32,000 nt of DNA from Candidatus Saccharimonadota bacterium (GCA_001761425.1 CP012986.1:1020001-1052000), one strand, 5' to 3'. Positions 14,579 through 23,189 are shown, counted from the stretch's first letter. A program made the numbers and translations. Notes: generated by a model not told the origin, from the letters alone.

Positions 14579-17500
14579 TTAGAAGGAAAAGAGGTTTTGA
14601 AGGCTGTTCATGACCCCCTGGAAGAATCCTTCATCGTTTCCATGCTGGGGGTCGGTGGTTCCGCCTGTGATGACATCGAGTTCCTCTCGGTATATTTCCG
14701 TTCCTCTTGAGTCCACCGAGATTGATGGAGTGTAGCTTCCTTCTTCCTGAGGTGTGAGGTAGAAGTAGACTGTCTTTCTCTCACCTTTGTCCAGGATTAT
14801 CTGCTTCTCGCTCTGTGATACCCAGGTCCTTGGGAGGCCTTCGAGCTGTAGATCGTATCTGGTCTGGTTCTCGTTTGTGTTATAAAGATTTACCTTGATG
14901 AGGCCTGATCCTGATTCTACTGATGCTATCTGGTTCGGGAAGCTTTCTGCTTCGACGTCCATCTCCAGTGTCTCTACTGTTGTGGAGGCTGAATTGCTTT
15001 CTCCGGATGTGAGTGCTGCTATCCTGTACTGGTGTATTCCTGGATCTCTTGCTTCCTGTTCAAAGCATACTCTTCCGTTTTCTGTCCTGGAGGTTACTAC
15101 TTCGCCGTTTCTTTCCAGGATTACCTCTGGCTCTATCTGTGATTCGACGCTGGCACATACGTGGAACTGCTGACCTTCAAAGGCACTTACTGGTGCTTCA
15201 AGGCCTGTGACTCTTGATGTAGGGATTACTCTGAGAGGCCTTGAGGCACTTACTTCTCCTGCTGTTGCTGTGACTGTGTGAGATCCAACATCTGTTGCCG
15301 TGATCCATGTCTGGTAGTAGCCGTCTGGCTGTGTCTGGACTGAGGCTTTTGTTTCTCCGCTTACGTCTATCTCGACTGTCGTTCTTCCTCTAGCTCCGTC
15401 CACAAATCCATTGACTTTCAGGGCATCTCCTTCTACTGCCATGTTTGGCTGTTTACTGTATGAGAGCTGCATCGAGATGTCTGTTGGTTCTCCTGTTGCT
15501 GTTGTCCCACAGCTTTCTACCTGTACTGTCTCTGTATTTGAGTCGGAGTACTGGTTGTTTGCCGTTACTGTGAACTCCTCTGTCCCCGAACCCTGGACGT
15601 TGGTGAACCTGATTGTTTTCTCAACTGTCTCTCTTTCTCCAAGACTGAAGTCTCTGAGTGAGTTGATGCTTCCGAGGCCTCTTCCTGTCAGTGTGACGAA
15701 TTCGTGGAATCCTGCGTTGTTGTCGATTGTTACCTCTGCTGTCATCGTCTCTCCTCTGCAGACTGAGCCTGGGCTGTCGATATCTGTTATCTGGAGGCCT
15801 TGCTGTGTCTCATCTTCTGTGAGTCTGAAGACCTCTACTGTGTCCTGGTCTCTGTTGATATTCACTGTTTCTGTCCAGCTACCGTATCCCTGTTTCTGGG
15901 CTGTTACGGAGTATGTTCCTGGTTCAAGGTCTATGGTCGCTCTCCCGTCGCTGTCAGTGTCTCTGGTGTATCCGTTGACCGAGATCTCTGCATTTTCAAG
16001 CCTTTCGCCATCTACGTCCTCTACAAGAGCTACTAAGGTTCCCCGGTCCGTATCTCCTCTATCCAGGTTTAGTGTAAGCGTTCTGTGTTCGCCGGATTCA
16101 AGGCCTATGTTTCTTGCTTCCGTCTGGTATCCTGATTTCGATACTGAGACTTCGTATTCTCCTTCGTCGAGTTCGAAGTAGGCCTGTCCTGTGCTGTCTG
16201 TGTATCTTGTGGTCTGCTGTGGCCCCTGTACTCTCACTCTTGCGTCTGATAGTCTTCTCCCTGTGTCTGATCTGGCGTTTACTTCAAGTGTTGCTTCCTG
16301 GCTTCCTCCTACGACTACCAGTTCTTCGTTTCTCTGGTAGGATCTTGATCCGCATGGACTTCCTTCTGTTGTGACTTCTGCCGTGATGATGCTGTCTTCT
16401 TCCGGGCTTAGCGATGATGTGAACGTTCTCTGGGAGTTGGCGTCGACTGTTCTTTCACGTGAGTCTACGACCTGTCCCTCTACCTTGAATCTTGCTGTTA
16501 CTCTCTGGGATTCTCCGTGGTTTGAGAGGCTGATCTCTCCTGTGGTGGTCTGTCCTCTGTCTATTACAGGGTCTCCAAATCTTAGTCTGCTTAGTGTGAG
16601 GGAGCAGTCGCCGGGATCATCTCTTACAGGTACTGTCCGTGTCCTGGAATCCGTGTTTCCGCTGGAGTCTTCCACGACCAACTGTACATCGTAGTCTCCG
16701 GTTGAACTGTAGCTGTGCTGTGCTGTTCTTCCGTATCCTGACTCTCCGTCTCCGAAGAACCATTCGTACTCGACGATGTCTCCATCATAGTCCTGACTGC
16801 CTGAGGCATCAAAAGTGATAGTATCGTCTGTCTCAGGCTGGGATGGACTCCAGGAGAATGATGCCTGAGGCCTTTGTCCTTCTTCATCTCCTACAACTGT
16901 CAGCTCATCGTTTCTATCATAGGTCCTGCTACCGCAGGGACTTCCTTCCGTGTTAACCTCGATTGTGATTATGCTGTCGACATCAGGGCTTACTGAATTA
17001 CTGAAGGTGCTCTGTGATCCTGCTGATACTTCTCTGTCGATTGTCCGTACTGTATTTCCTTCTATCTTGAACTTCACTTCGAAGTCCTGATCTTCTCCGT
17101 TGTTAGTCACTGTTACTGAGGCCTCTGTCGAATCTCCTCTTTCTATCACAGAATCCTCGAAGCTAAGGCTCCCTATGCTTATATCGCAGTCTCCAGAATC
17201 TGAGATAACCTCTACTTCTCTTGTCCTTGTATCTGTATTTCCGTTCGAGTCCCTGACTCTTAGTTGGACGTCATAGTCTCCTGTCGAGGTGAATCTGTGG
17301 CTTGTTCTACTTCCATAATCATAGGATGATCCATCGTCGAAGTCCCATCTGTACTGGTTTAAATCATCGTCCGGATCTGAACTTGAGGAACCATCAAACT
17401 CTGCGGATTCACCTTCAACTACAGGATGTCTGTCCCATGAGAACCGGGCTGTCGGATCGCTTTCTCCACCTCCGTCCGAACTCTGCCACTGAATAGCTCC

Positions 17501-19525
17501 TACAGGACCTATATAGGTCGTGTCATCATGGGAGAATATGGCCACGAGGCTGTATGTTTCGTCGAACTCCAGGTCATCGATAGGAGTTCCCGAATAGCTG
17601 AAGTCAAAGGATTCGGACTCTCCAGCATCAGGATAGACGTTGCCCCCTGTAAAGCCGATAAGATCGTTATAATGATCTTCGTAGAACTCGCAGTTCGGCA
17701 ATTCACTTGATTCCTTGATATAGATACCAAGGTTGCCTCCAACATCTCTGTCACCGCTGTTGTCAAGCCTTGCAGAAGATTCATAGTTCTCTCCTTCCTG
17801 AGGTACGCTCTCGAAGTTCTCAAGGCCTACATCAAGATCCGAGTCACTGAACGTCTGGCATGAAGGCCTTTGATCCGAATCCGCGAGGGAAAAGGCATCT
17901 TCCTCTGTTTCTGAAACTTCTGAGTTGAGCGCGTAATTGTTTAATCTTACTTCTAGATCGTGATCTCCTGTATTGAACTGGTCATCCAGTTCGTCCCAGG
18001 AAAAGGTGTTACTTACTGTTCTGGTCTCTCCGGAGTCAAAGTTGACGTCATTCTCTCCGCCATCTACTGGTTCTCCGTCTACGTAGAAATCTACCTGGAG
18101 GCCGTTGAACTGTTCATTGGAGTGGATCTCGGCTTCGAATTCTGTCTCTTCGCCTTCTGTTATGTATGTGTCTGTACTCTCGAGATTTCTGATCTCTATC
18201 TGCTGTTCGTCTTCGACTGTGAAAGTCGTTTTTTCCTCTCCTGTTATACTTCTTACATAGTTGAAGCACTGGAAGGTTACTGTGTGTTCTCCCTCGGAGA
18301 ATTCCTGGCTCTGAGTCCACCTGGCTTCACTGTTGTCTGGCTTGGACATTAATTCACTTGAATAGCGGCTTACAGAGTTTCCTTCCTCCCATTTACACCA
18401 TCCTGTGGAGGGATTGTCGTCAAGTTCAACGTATAGGTCTGCAGGACTACTGACATCTCCGGAAGGTCCGTAATCCGTTATACTGAACTGTTCATCACCT
18501 TCGGCAAGAAAAAAAGCGTCCTCCTCAGTCTGTGAGATCTCTGAATCCAGCTGGTAACTATTTAACCTGACCTCAAGATCGTGGTTCTGGCCTGTCGAGA
18601 GCGTTTGCGAAAGAGAATCCCAGTCCGAATCTACCGTTACAGTAGTGGTATCTCCTCCATTAAGACTGTATTCCTGGATAGAATCGATCTCTTCACTCCC
18701 TGAAGTGAATGTGACTTCGAGGTAGCTGACATCCTGGCTAGGTGTGATATCTGCTTTGAATTCAGTGGAGTCTTCTTCTCTTATATCCGAATCCGTGCTT
18801 CTTATGTTCGAGATATCTATGGAAAACTCCTCTGAGGCCTCTTCTACAGTTATTGTTTCTCTGGCGCTCAGTGTTTGTCCATCATCTGCCGTTACTGAGG
18901 CCTTTAGCTGGTAGGTCCCGCTGCTGTCCGGATTGAAGTTGCCGGTAACCTCGCATTCTTCTCCTGATGCTTCCCAACAGTATGTGCTGTCAACTTCCTG
19001 CCAGTCGCCCCATCCAAGTCCTCCGTAGTCTTTCCTCTCTTCTATAATGAATTCCTGGCCGTAAAGGTTTCCTGTGGTGTCTGTGGCCTCTGCTGTTATC
19101 GAGTGTGATTGTTCTTGGGTGAAGGATGATGGTATTGTCGTGAAGTCTACGTTTCTTTCCTCTTCTGTTTCCTGATTTACTGTTATCGTTGTGCTTTCTG
19201 TATGATAGCTGGACATCGATTCTGATCTTGATCTGACATAAATCGTTCTTTCTCCTGTTGTGTATGGTGTGAAAGTCCAGCTTGCGTCACAAGTGGTATA
19301 TCCTGTGCAGGAGTTGTATTCTTCGTATTCCATCCATGAGTTCCATTTTGCATCAACTCCGATTATCTGTTCATTGGATTCTGCGTTCACACTTATCTGT
19401 ACTGGTTCTCCTGATTCGATGTAGGAGTCGTTGACCTGGATACCTCCATCGAATTCTACTGTGGCTGAAGCGTTTGAAATCAGAAATGCTGTCAAAAATG
19501 CGGTCAGGATCAGTTTTCGTTTCAT
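14579..19525 (-). CDS. Giant (1648-aa) secreted modular surface protein: two PKD domains, CARDB-like modules, two CarboxypepD_reg-like domains, Ig-like C-terminal repeats
   Basis: The signal peptide is KLILTAFLTAFLISNASA. PKD signatures are FSWDRHP...YRWDFDDGS...TGDYDVQLRVRDSNGNT and FSWSPSQ...YEWFFGDGE...TGDYDVQLVVEDSSGNT. CarboxypepD_reg-like blocks are RVRVQG...TDSTGQAYFELDEGEYEVSVSKSGY and AEISVNG...DSDGRATIDLEPGTYSVTAQKQGY. No C-terminal TM is visible. Confidence 0.85.
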   Translation of the reverse strand: MKRKLILTAFLTAFLISNASATVEFDGGIQVNDSYIESGEPVQISVNAESNEQIIGVDAKWNSWMEYEEYNSCTGYTTCDASWTFTPYTTGERTIYVRSRSESMSSYHTESTTITVNQETEEERNVDFTTIPSSFTQEQSHSITAEATDTTGNLYGQEFIIEERKDYGGLGWGDWQEVDSTYCWEASGEECEVTGNFNPDSSGTYQLKASVTADDGQTLSARETITVEEASEEFSIDISNIRSTDSDIREEDSTEFKADITPSQDVSYLEVTFTSGSEEIDSIQEYSLNGGDTTTVTVDSDWDSLSQTLSTGQNHDLEVRLNSYQLDSEISQTEEDAFFLAEGDEQFSITDYGPSGDVSSPADLYVELDDNPSTGWCKWEEGNSVSRYSSELMSKPDNSEARWTQSQEFSEGEHTVTFQCFNYVRSITGEEKTTFTVEDEQQIEIRNLESTDTYITEGEETEFEAEIHSNEQFNGLQVDFYVDGEPVDGGENDVNFDSGETRTVSNTFSWDELDDQFNTGDHDLEVRLNNYALNSEVSETEEDAFSLADSDQRPSCQTFSDSDLDVGLENFESVPQEGENYESSARLDNSGDRDVGGNLGIYIKESSELPNCEFYEDHYNDLIGFTGGNVYPDAGESESFDFSYSGTPIDDLEFDETYSLVAIFSHDDTTYIGPVGAIQWQSSDGGGESDPTARFSWDRHPVVEGESAEFDGSSSSDPDDDLNQYRWDFDDGSSYDYGSRTSHRFTSTGDYDVQLRVRDSNGNTDTRTREVEVISDSGDCDISIGSLSFEDSVIERGDSTEASVTVTNNGEDQDFEVKFKIEGNTVRTIDREVSAGSQSTFSNSVSPDVDSIITIEVNTEGSPCGSRTYDRNDELTVVGDEEGQRPQASFSWSPSQPETDDTITFDASGSQDYDGDIVEYEWFFGDGESGYGRTAQHSYSSTGDYDVQLVVEDSSGNTDSRTRTVPVRDDPGDCSLTLSRLRFGDPVIDRGQTTTGEISLSNHGESQRVTARFKVEGQVVDSRERTVDANSQRTFTSSLSPEEDSIITAEVTTEGSPCGSRSYQRNEELVVVGGSQEATLEVNARSDTGRRLSDARVRVQGPQQTTRYTDSTGQAYFELDEGEYEVSVSKSGYQTEARNIGLESGEHRTLTLNLDRGDTDRGTLVALVEDVDGERLENAEISVNGYTRDTDSDGRATIDLEPGTYSVTAQKQGYGSWTETVNINRDQDTVEVFRLTEDETQQGLQITDIDSPGSVCRGETMTAEVTIDNNAGFHEFVTLTGRGLGSINSLRDFSLGERETVEKTIRFTNVQGSGTEEFTVTANNQYSDSNTETVQVESCGTTATGEPTDISMQLSYSKQPNMAVEGDALKVNGFVDGARGRTTVEIDVSGETKASVQTQPDGYYQTWITATDVGSHTVTATAGEVSASRPLRVIPTSRVTGLEAPVSAFEGQQFHVCASVESQIEPEVILERNGEVVTSRTENGRVCFEQEARDPGIHQYRIAALTSGESNSASTTVETLEMDVEAESFPNQIASVESGSGLIKVNLYNTNENQTRYDLQLEGLPRTWVSQSEKQIILDKGERKTVYFYLTPQEEGSYTPSISVDSRGTEIYREELDVITGGTTDPQHGNDEGFFQGVMNSLQNLFSF
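16280..17449 (-). repeat. Tandem duplication of a 195-aa (585-nt) PKD + two-Cys CARDB-like module inside the giant gene
   Basis: The module starts (ARFSW at 17449, ASFSW at 16864) are exactly 585 nt apart. Both modules contain GDC..., ...EGSPCGSR and end in ELxVVG. A second, older repeat pair (FSIDISNIRSTD... at ~18827 and IEIRNLESTD... at ~18199) lies upstream. Confidence 0.75.
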
Positions 19526-20085
19526 TATTCTAGACCTCCTTCCAGTAGATCGGGAACCTGTTCTTCATTTCGTGTCCCATATTTTTCAAATGTTTCAGCG
19601 ATACTATCATCGGTATTCTGCCATGAAGTTGACCTTATCTCAGGATCCTTCTCCTCCAGACTGGAGTAATCAACCTCCATTTCACCGTCCTCATTCTCAC
19701 TCATATAGTCATCTATTTCCTCCGCGAAGAAGTACTTGAAGGATGAATCAGTCTGGTTATCGGAAGGGTTATGGTCAAAGTATGCTCCAACAAGATCCCT
19801 TCCTTCACCGTCAAACATCTCCTCATACACTGCATCAGAAAAAATACTCATCTGATCAGCATCATTAAGTTCATCGTAGGCCTCCTCAAAACCAGCCCTG
19901 CCGACATAGAAAGGTCCAGGATCTTCTTCACCGCCTCCAGCACCGGCCGATCCTGAAGAACTATCTTCCGACAGTAGATCTGCTCCGCTTATAACTGTCG
20001 AACCGAGGCCTGTCGCTGCAGCTATCCCGCTGAGGCCTGCCACTTTTGCAAAATCTCTCCTTGTAATGTCTCCATCTATGTCCAT
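19525..20085 (-). CDS. Highly acidic hypothetical protein with twin-arginine (Tat) signal peptide
   Basis: The N-terminus is MDIDGDITRRDFAKVAGLSGIAAATGLGSTV. TRRDFAK is a near-consensus S/T-R-R-x-F-L-K motif. The stop TAA shares its last A with the ATG of the giant gene (TAATG), implying translational coupling. Confidence 0.7.
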   Translation of the reverse strand: MDIDGDITRRDFAKVAGLSGIAAATGLGSTVISGADLLSEDSSSGSAGAGGGEEDPGPFYVGRAGFEEAYDELNDADQMSIFSDAVYEEMFDGEGRDLVGAYFDHNPSDNQTDSSFKYFFAEEIDDYMSENEDGEMEVDYSSLEEKDPEIRSTSWQNTDDSIAETFEKYGTRNEEQVPDLLEGGLE

Positions 20086-20089
20086 TTTA

Positions 20090-20425
20090 TCACAGCCAGT
20101 CCGACTCTAGTATATATCCCCCGAGTTTTGAGATTGGACCATTCAGCTCTACATCATCCGGGTCATTGTCTATAACAGTAGCGTAAATATTGTTCGGATC
20201 AATTCCACTTATTTGATTAGCTATGTCCTGTTCATACTCAGCAATAGCCTGAGCAGTATCTCTACCCTGTTGAATTTCATCCTGCAATTGCTGGGTTCTA
20301 AACTGGATATAGTTCAATTCCTGTTGAGATACATTCGCTCTGTCCTCGAGATCGTTCAGTGCATCATCTACATCCTCCATTCCATCGAGGACATCAGCGA
20401 AGTTATCAGGACCTTGATAGTTCAT
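20090..20425 (-). CDS. Small acidic helical protein, shortest member of a three-gene paralogous family
   Basis: 111 aa. MNYQGPDNFADVLDGMEDVDDALNDLED aligns with MTSYQGRDFWADVKRGMEDLDDDLEDLAD (21390-21746) and YTDRNFWEDVQRGMEELDDGLDDLAG (20506-21267). The gap to the downstream Tat-signal gene is 4 nt. Confidence 0.65.
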   Translation of the reverse strand: MNYQGPDNFADVLDGMEDVDDALNDLEDRANVSQQELNYIQFRTQQLQDEIQQGRDTAQAIAEYEQDIANQISGIDPNNIYATVIDNDPDDVELNGPISKLGGYILESDWL

Positions 20426-20447
20426 GTTTACTTAATGGTGACAACAG

Positions 20448-20457
20448 ATTTAAATAT
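20448..20457 (-). promoter_or_regulatory. Candidate TATA box for the 20425 -> 14579 transcription unit
   Basis: The minus strand reads ATATTTAAAT, centred about 27 nt upstream of the ATG at 20425. No SD motif lies in between, which is consistent with a leaderless archaeal mRNA. Confidence 0.4.
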
Positions 20458-20505
20458 CTTACCAATACCACAGCGATCTTGGAATCAAGGTTATAGAATA
20501 CCAGA

Positions 20506-21267
20506 TTATCTGTTCTCAGCGTAGTTCTGGATGTCACTCATAGAATCCAGTTCGTCCTGTCTAAAACCAACGTCCTGAAGATCCTGAGCTGCCTGTTTAA
20601 CTTCCAGCCTCAGACCATCTAGATCTCCGTAGAGGTTGGACAGATCTTCTTCAACATCATCCAGGTAACCCATAATTGATTCTGCAGCTTCTCTGGCCTG
20701 ATCATAGCCTCCAACTTGATCGACAGCTCGTTCCATGACATCTACTGCCTGATCAAATTCACCGCTCCGTATGTAGCCCGCCAGATCGTCCAGACCGTCA
20801 TCAAGTTCTTCCATTCCTCTCTGGACATCCTCCCAGAAATTCCGATCTGTATACCGGGCCTGTTCGAACCCTTCAGAATTCATTCCTCTGGAACCATCGG
20901 ACATCACAGGCGCAGTGAGATCTCTGCCATCAAAAGGCGGATTTCCCTCGTCTGCTACAGGTCGGTCTTCGGGAATCCGTCCATCAGAAGTTGCTTCCGT
21001 GCTATCAGACTGTCCGTAGTTTGCTTCAGGTTCAATAACGTAGAAACCTTCCCCTCTAACTTTTATTTCATCCTCAGAAAACCTCTCTTCAGGATCTTCA
21101 TCTGTTCCTGCCAAATTAAGGCCCACGTAGTTCTTCCTGGTTAGGAGTTCTTCTGAGGACTGAAGGCCTCTGTATCTCTGAGTGCCTTCATCAAATACAA
21201 GTAAGGTTGTTTCTCTATCATCTTCCTCTAAAACTCCACCAACTTCTGTTACATGCCAGTCGTTCAT
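20506..21267 (-). CDS. Acidic hypothetical protein: unique N-terminal domain plus C-terminal helical domain of the paralogous family
   Basis: 253 aa. The C-terminal ~115 aa aligns with the 21390-21887 product and ends in the identical QAAQDLQDVGFRQDELDSMSDIQNY. Confidence 0.7.
   Translation of the reverse strand: MNDWHVTEVGGVLEEDDRETTLLVFDEGTQRYRGLQSSEELLTRKNYVGLNLAGTDEDPEERFSEDEIKVRGEGFYVIEPEANYGQSDSTEATSDGRIPEDRPVADEGNPPFDGRDLTAPVMSDGSRGMNSEGFEQARYTDRNFWEDVQRGMEELDDGLDDLAGYIRSGEFDQAVDVMERAVDQVGGYDQAREAAESIMGYLDDVEEDLSNLYGDLDGLRLEVKQAAQDLQDVGFRQDELDSMSDIQNYAENR
20520..20595 (-). repeat. 76-nt segment perfectly identical to 21404-21479 (3' coding end of two paralogues)
   Basis: Hand alignment finds CGTAGTTCTGGATGTCACTCATAGAATCCAGTTCGTCCTGTCTAAAACCAACGTCCTGAAGATCCTGAGCTGCCTG in both copies. 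Flanking coding DNA is clearly diverged. Confidence 0.9.
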
Positions 21268-21389
21268 TTAGATCCTTGTCGGTACTTTAGAACAATTTTT
21301 TATGTTTCGCTCGTTTGTTTGAACCAGATTTTGATTAAGAGGATTGCTAAATAACGCGGCGTAATAAAAGGTAAGGAAAAAGGGAGAGG

Positions 21390-21887
21390 TTATCTGTTTG
21401 CAACGTAGTTCTGGATGTCACTCATAGAATCCAGTTCGTCCTGTCTAAAACCAACGTCCTGAAGATCCTGAGCTGCCTGCTCCAGAGTCTGCTGGTGGAC
21501 TTCTAGATCGTCGTAAACTCCTTCGACATCATCCTGAACTGCGTCAAGATAGGTTGCTATTGATTCTGCCGTGTTTCTGGCTTCATCATATCCTCCTACC
21601 TGGTTGACTGCAGATACCATTGTGTCAACTGCGTCGTTGAAGTCTCCGTTCTCTACGTAGTCAGCTAGATCTTCTAGGTCGTCGTCTAGATCTTCCATTC
21701 CTCTCTTGACATCTGCCCAGAAGTCGCGTCCTTGGTAACTTGTCATTGTTGTATTTTCACCTCCACTAATTGTATCTGATGCTCTAGGTGGTTTTGAGCC
21801 TCTACTAACATGGCTGGCCTCTTCTCCGTAACTAGTCTCTCCATCCAATGGCGGGTGTCTCTTCGGGCCAGGAACATTATTACTCAA
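21390..21887 (-). CDS. Acidic helical protein of the paralogous family (start ambiguous: TTG at 21887 or ATG at 21746)
   Basis: The longest ORF starts at TTG 21887, with GGTGA 6 nt upstream (21894-21898). An internal ATG at 21746 is preceded by GGAGGTGA. It would give a 118-aa product (MTSYQGRDFW...) collinear with the 111-aa paralogue (MNYQGPDNF...). Confidence 0.65.
   Translation of the reverse strand: MSNNVPGPKRHPPLDGETSYGEEASHVSRGSKPPRASDTISGGENTTMTSYQGRDFWADVKRGMEDLDDDLEDLADYVENGDFNDAVDTMVSAVNQVGGYDEARNTAESIATYLDAVQDDVEGVYDDLEVHQQTLEQAAQDLQDVGFRQDELDSMSDIQNYVANR
21404..21479 (-). repeat. Second copy of the 76-nt identical segment
   Basis: See 20520-20595. Confidence 0.9.
21757..21764 (-). 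promoter_or_regulatory. Strong Shine-Dalgarno-like motif GGAGGTGA 10 nt upstream of the internal ATG at 21746
   Basis: The minus strand reads GGAGGTGAAAATACAACAATG. GGTGA motifs at similar spacing precede the starts at 14440, 24017 and 31049. Confidence 0.5.
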
Positions 21888-21926
21888 GTTTATTCACCGT
21901 GAGGTAATAAAAGATTGGTAACTTTT

Positions 21927-23147
21927 TTATAGGTTCTGATATCGATCCTGTAAAGTTTCAAGACCTATTTCTTCTGGAACTCCTCTCTCAAACTCTTCAC
22001 CCCTGCTAACCGCGTCAGCATAGCTCCAGAGATTTGCGGAAGTATCCTGTTCCGGTTCCTGGTTTATGTAGTCTATAATCGATCCCGGGGATAAGTTACC
22101 TTCGCAGAAAATCAGGTAGTTGCCGTTCTCTGTCTCATAGTCTTCCTGTAGAAGAGGTTCGATAATTTCATCCGGGTAATCGTTCAGCTTTCTGTCATAC
22201 GGATTGATCGCCAGAAAATCCCATCCTATCCACGTGTTTAACTCCTCATACTCTTTACCGTATTCATCTGTGAAGGCCTCAATGTGATCTTCTATCATAT
22301 TCTGTATAGCCGGATCTAGGTCATTCATATCTATGCCTTCCGCAGCCCCCTGTTCGAGAGCTAATTTTGCTTTACCTTCAGTAGATGTGCTGTCAAGAAG
22401 ACTTAGGTTCGCCCTATCCGTATCAGGATCACCGTATCTCTTCATACCGTTAACAGGAGTATCTTTGGCAGCGATAGTCCTCAGATCAAATTCGTGAGGT
22501 ATCGCATACTGAGCCAGATATCCTTGAGGTATACCGTCTTCTCTCCAGTCCTCCACCATTCCATCGACGCCATCAGGATAGAAGTATATATCACTTCCAC
22601 CGCTGGAGCTTCGAGGTTTCATGACAAGAGGAACATCTCCGATAATATCCTCCTGAACCTCCTCTATCACTTTCTCAACATCATCGTACTTCTGAAGATA
22701 ATGATCTACCGGCTGATAACCTGGTACGGTGCCAGGATCATCCCAGAAAGCCCAGTTCTGCTCGGCCTTATCACCCAGAAAACTGGGGATAGGAGCAGGA
22801 TTAATCATCTGAACACTTTCAGATAAGGCCTCAAAATCCTCAGAAGAAATATTTCTCCTGAAAGCAGCTGTCGGAAGAAAAGTTAGCTCACCCAGGCCTT
22901 CACTATCCAGTTCAGCGTTCATATCGGAGAGATCTTCGCCTCCCAGTTTAACCTCTTCCGATACATCAATATCCTCCTGTTTAAGGCCTATTCTGTTCAG
23001 CAGACCGTTATCTCTAAGAAATGTCTTCCTGTGGTTGGTCTTGGCACTGGCACTGTTCTGTGCGGATGCCCATGCAGTAGGCGCGTCAAAATCATCGTAA
23101 AGGCCTTCTCTGAAGTTAATTCTATCCACCTGTGAAACTAAAGTCAC
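21927..23147 (-). CDS. Divergent ATP-grasp fold enzyme (peptide/amide ligase-like)
   Basis: 406 aa with a GTG start. ATP-grasp landmarks appear in the correct order: PLVMKPRSSSGGSDIYFY (Gly-rich loop), YLAQYAIPHEFDLRTIAAKD...GMKRYG, and WIGWDFLAIN...NYLIFCEGNLSPG (the xVDxx...xLExNxxPG equivalent, with a ~27-aa insertion). Confidence 0.55.
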   Translation of the reverse strand: MTLVSQVDRINFREGLYDDFDAPTAWASAQNSASAKTNHRKTFLRDNGLLNRIGLKQEDIDVSEEVKLGGEDLSDMNAELDSEGLGELTFLPTAAFRRNISSEDFEALSESVQMINPAPIPSFLGDKAEQNWAFWDDPGTVPGYQPVDHYLQKYDDVEKVIEEVQEDIIGDVPLVMKPRSSSGGSDIYFYPDGVDGMVEDWREDGIPQGYLAQYAIPHEFDLRTIAAKDTPVNGMKRYGDPDTDRANLSLLDSTSTEGKAKLALEQGAAEGIDMNDLDPAIQNMIEDHIEAFTDEYGKEYEELNTWIGWDFLAINPYDRKLNDYPDEIIEPLLQEDYETENGNYLIFCEGNLSPGSIIDYINQEPEQDTSANLWSYADAVSRGEEFERGVPEEIGLETLQDRYQNL

Positions 23148-23189
23148 GTTTTCGTCGATTCCAAGAAGAAAAGATAGGAAAGGAGGAGC

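Noticed and set aside
14447-14710. 87-aa plus-strand ORF spanning the intergenic region and the giant gene's 3' end
   Set aside because: It starts inside the promoter/SD region of the 586-aa gene and runs antisense into the giant gene. Terminator-like motifs better explain this DNA.
15411-16181. 256-aa plus-strand ORF, and many similar ones: 12708-13769, 14895-15210, 15800-16694, 17302-18352 on plus; 16624-16887, 17509-17823, 18114-18320 on minus
   Set aside because: All lie inside the 586-aa and 1648-aa minus-strand genes, either antisense or in an alternative frame. They have Ser/Leu/Val/Cys-rich low-information translations. The real frame shows clear domain signatures (PKD and others). 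They are shadow ORFs caused by low stop-codon density opposite acidic coding sequence.
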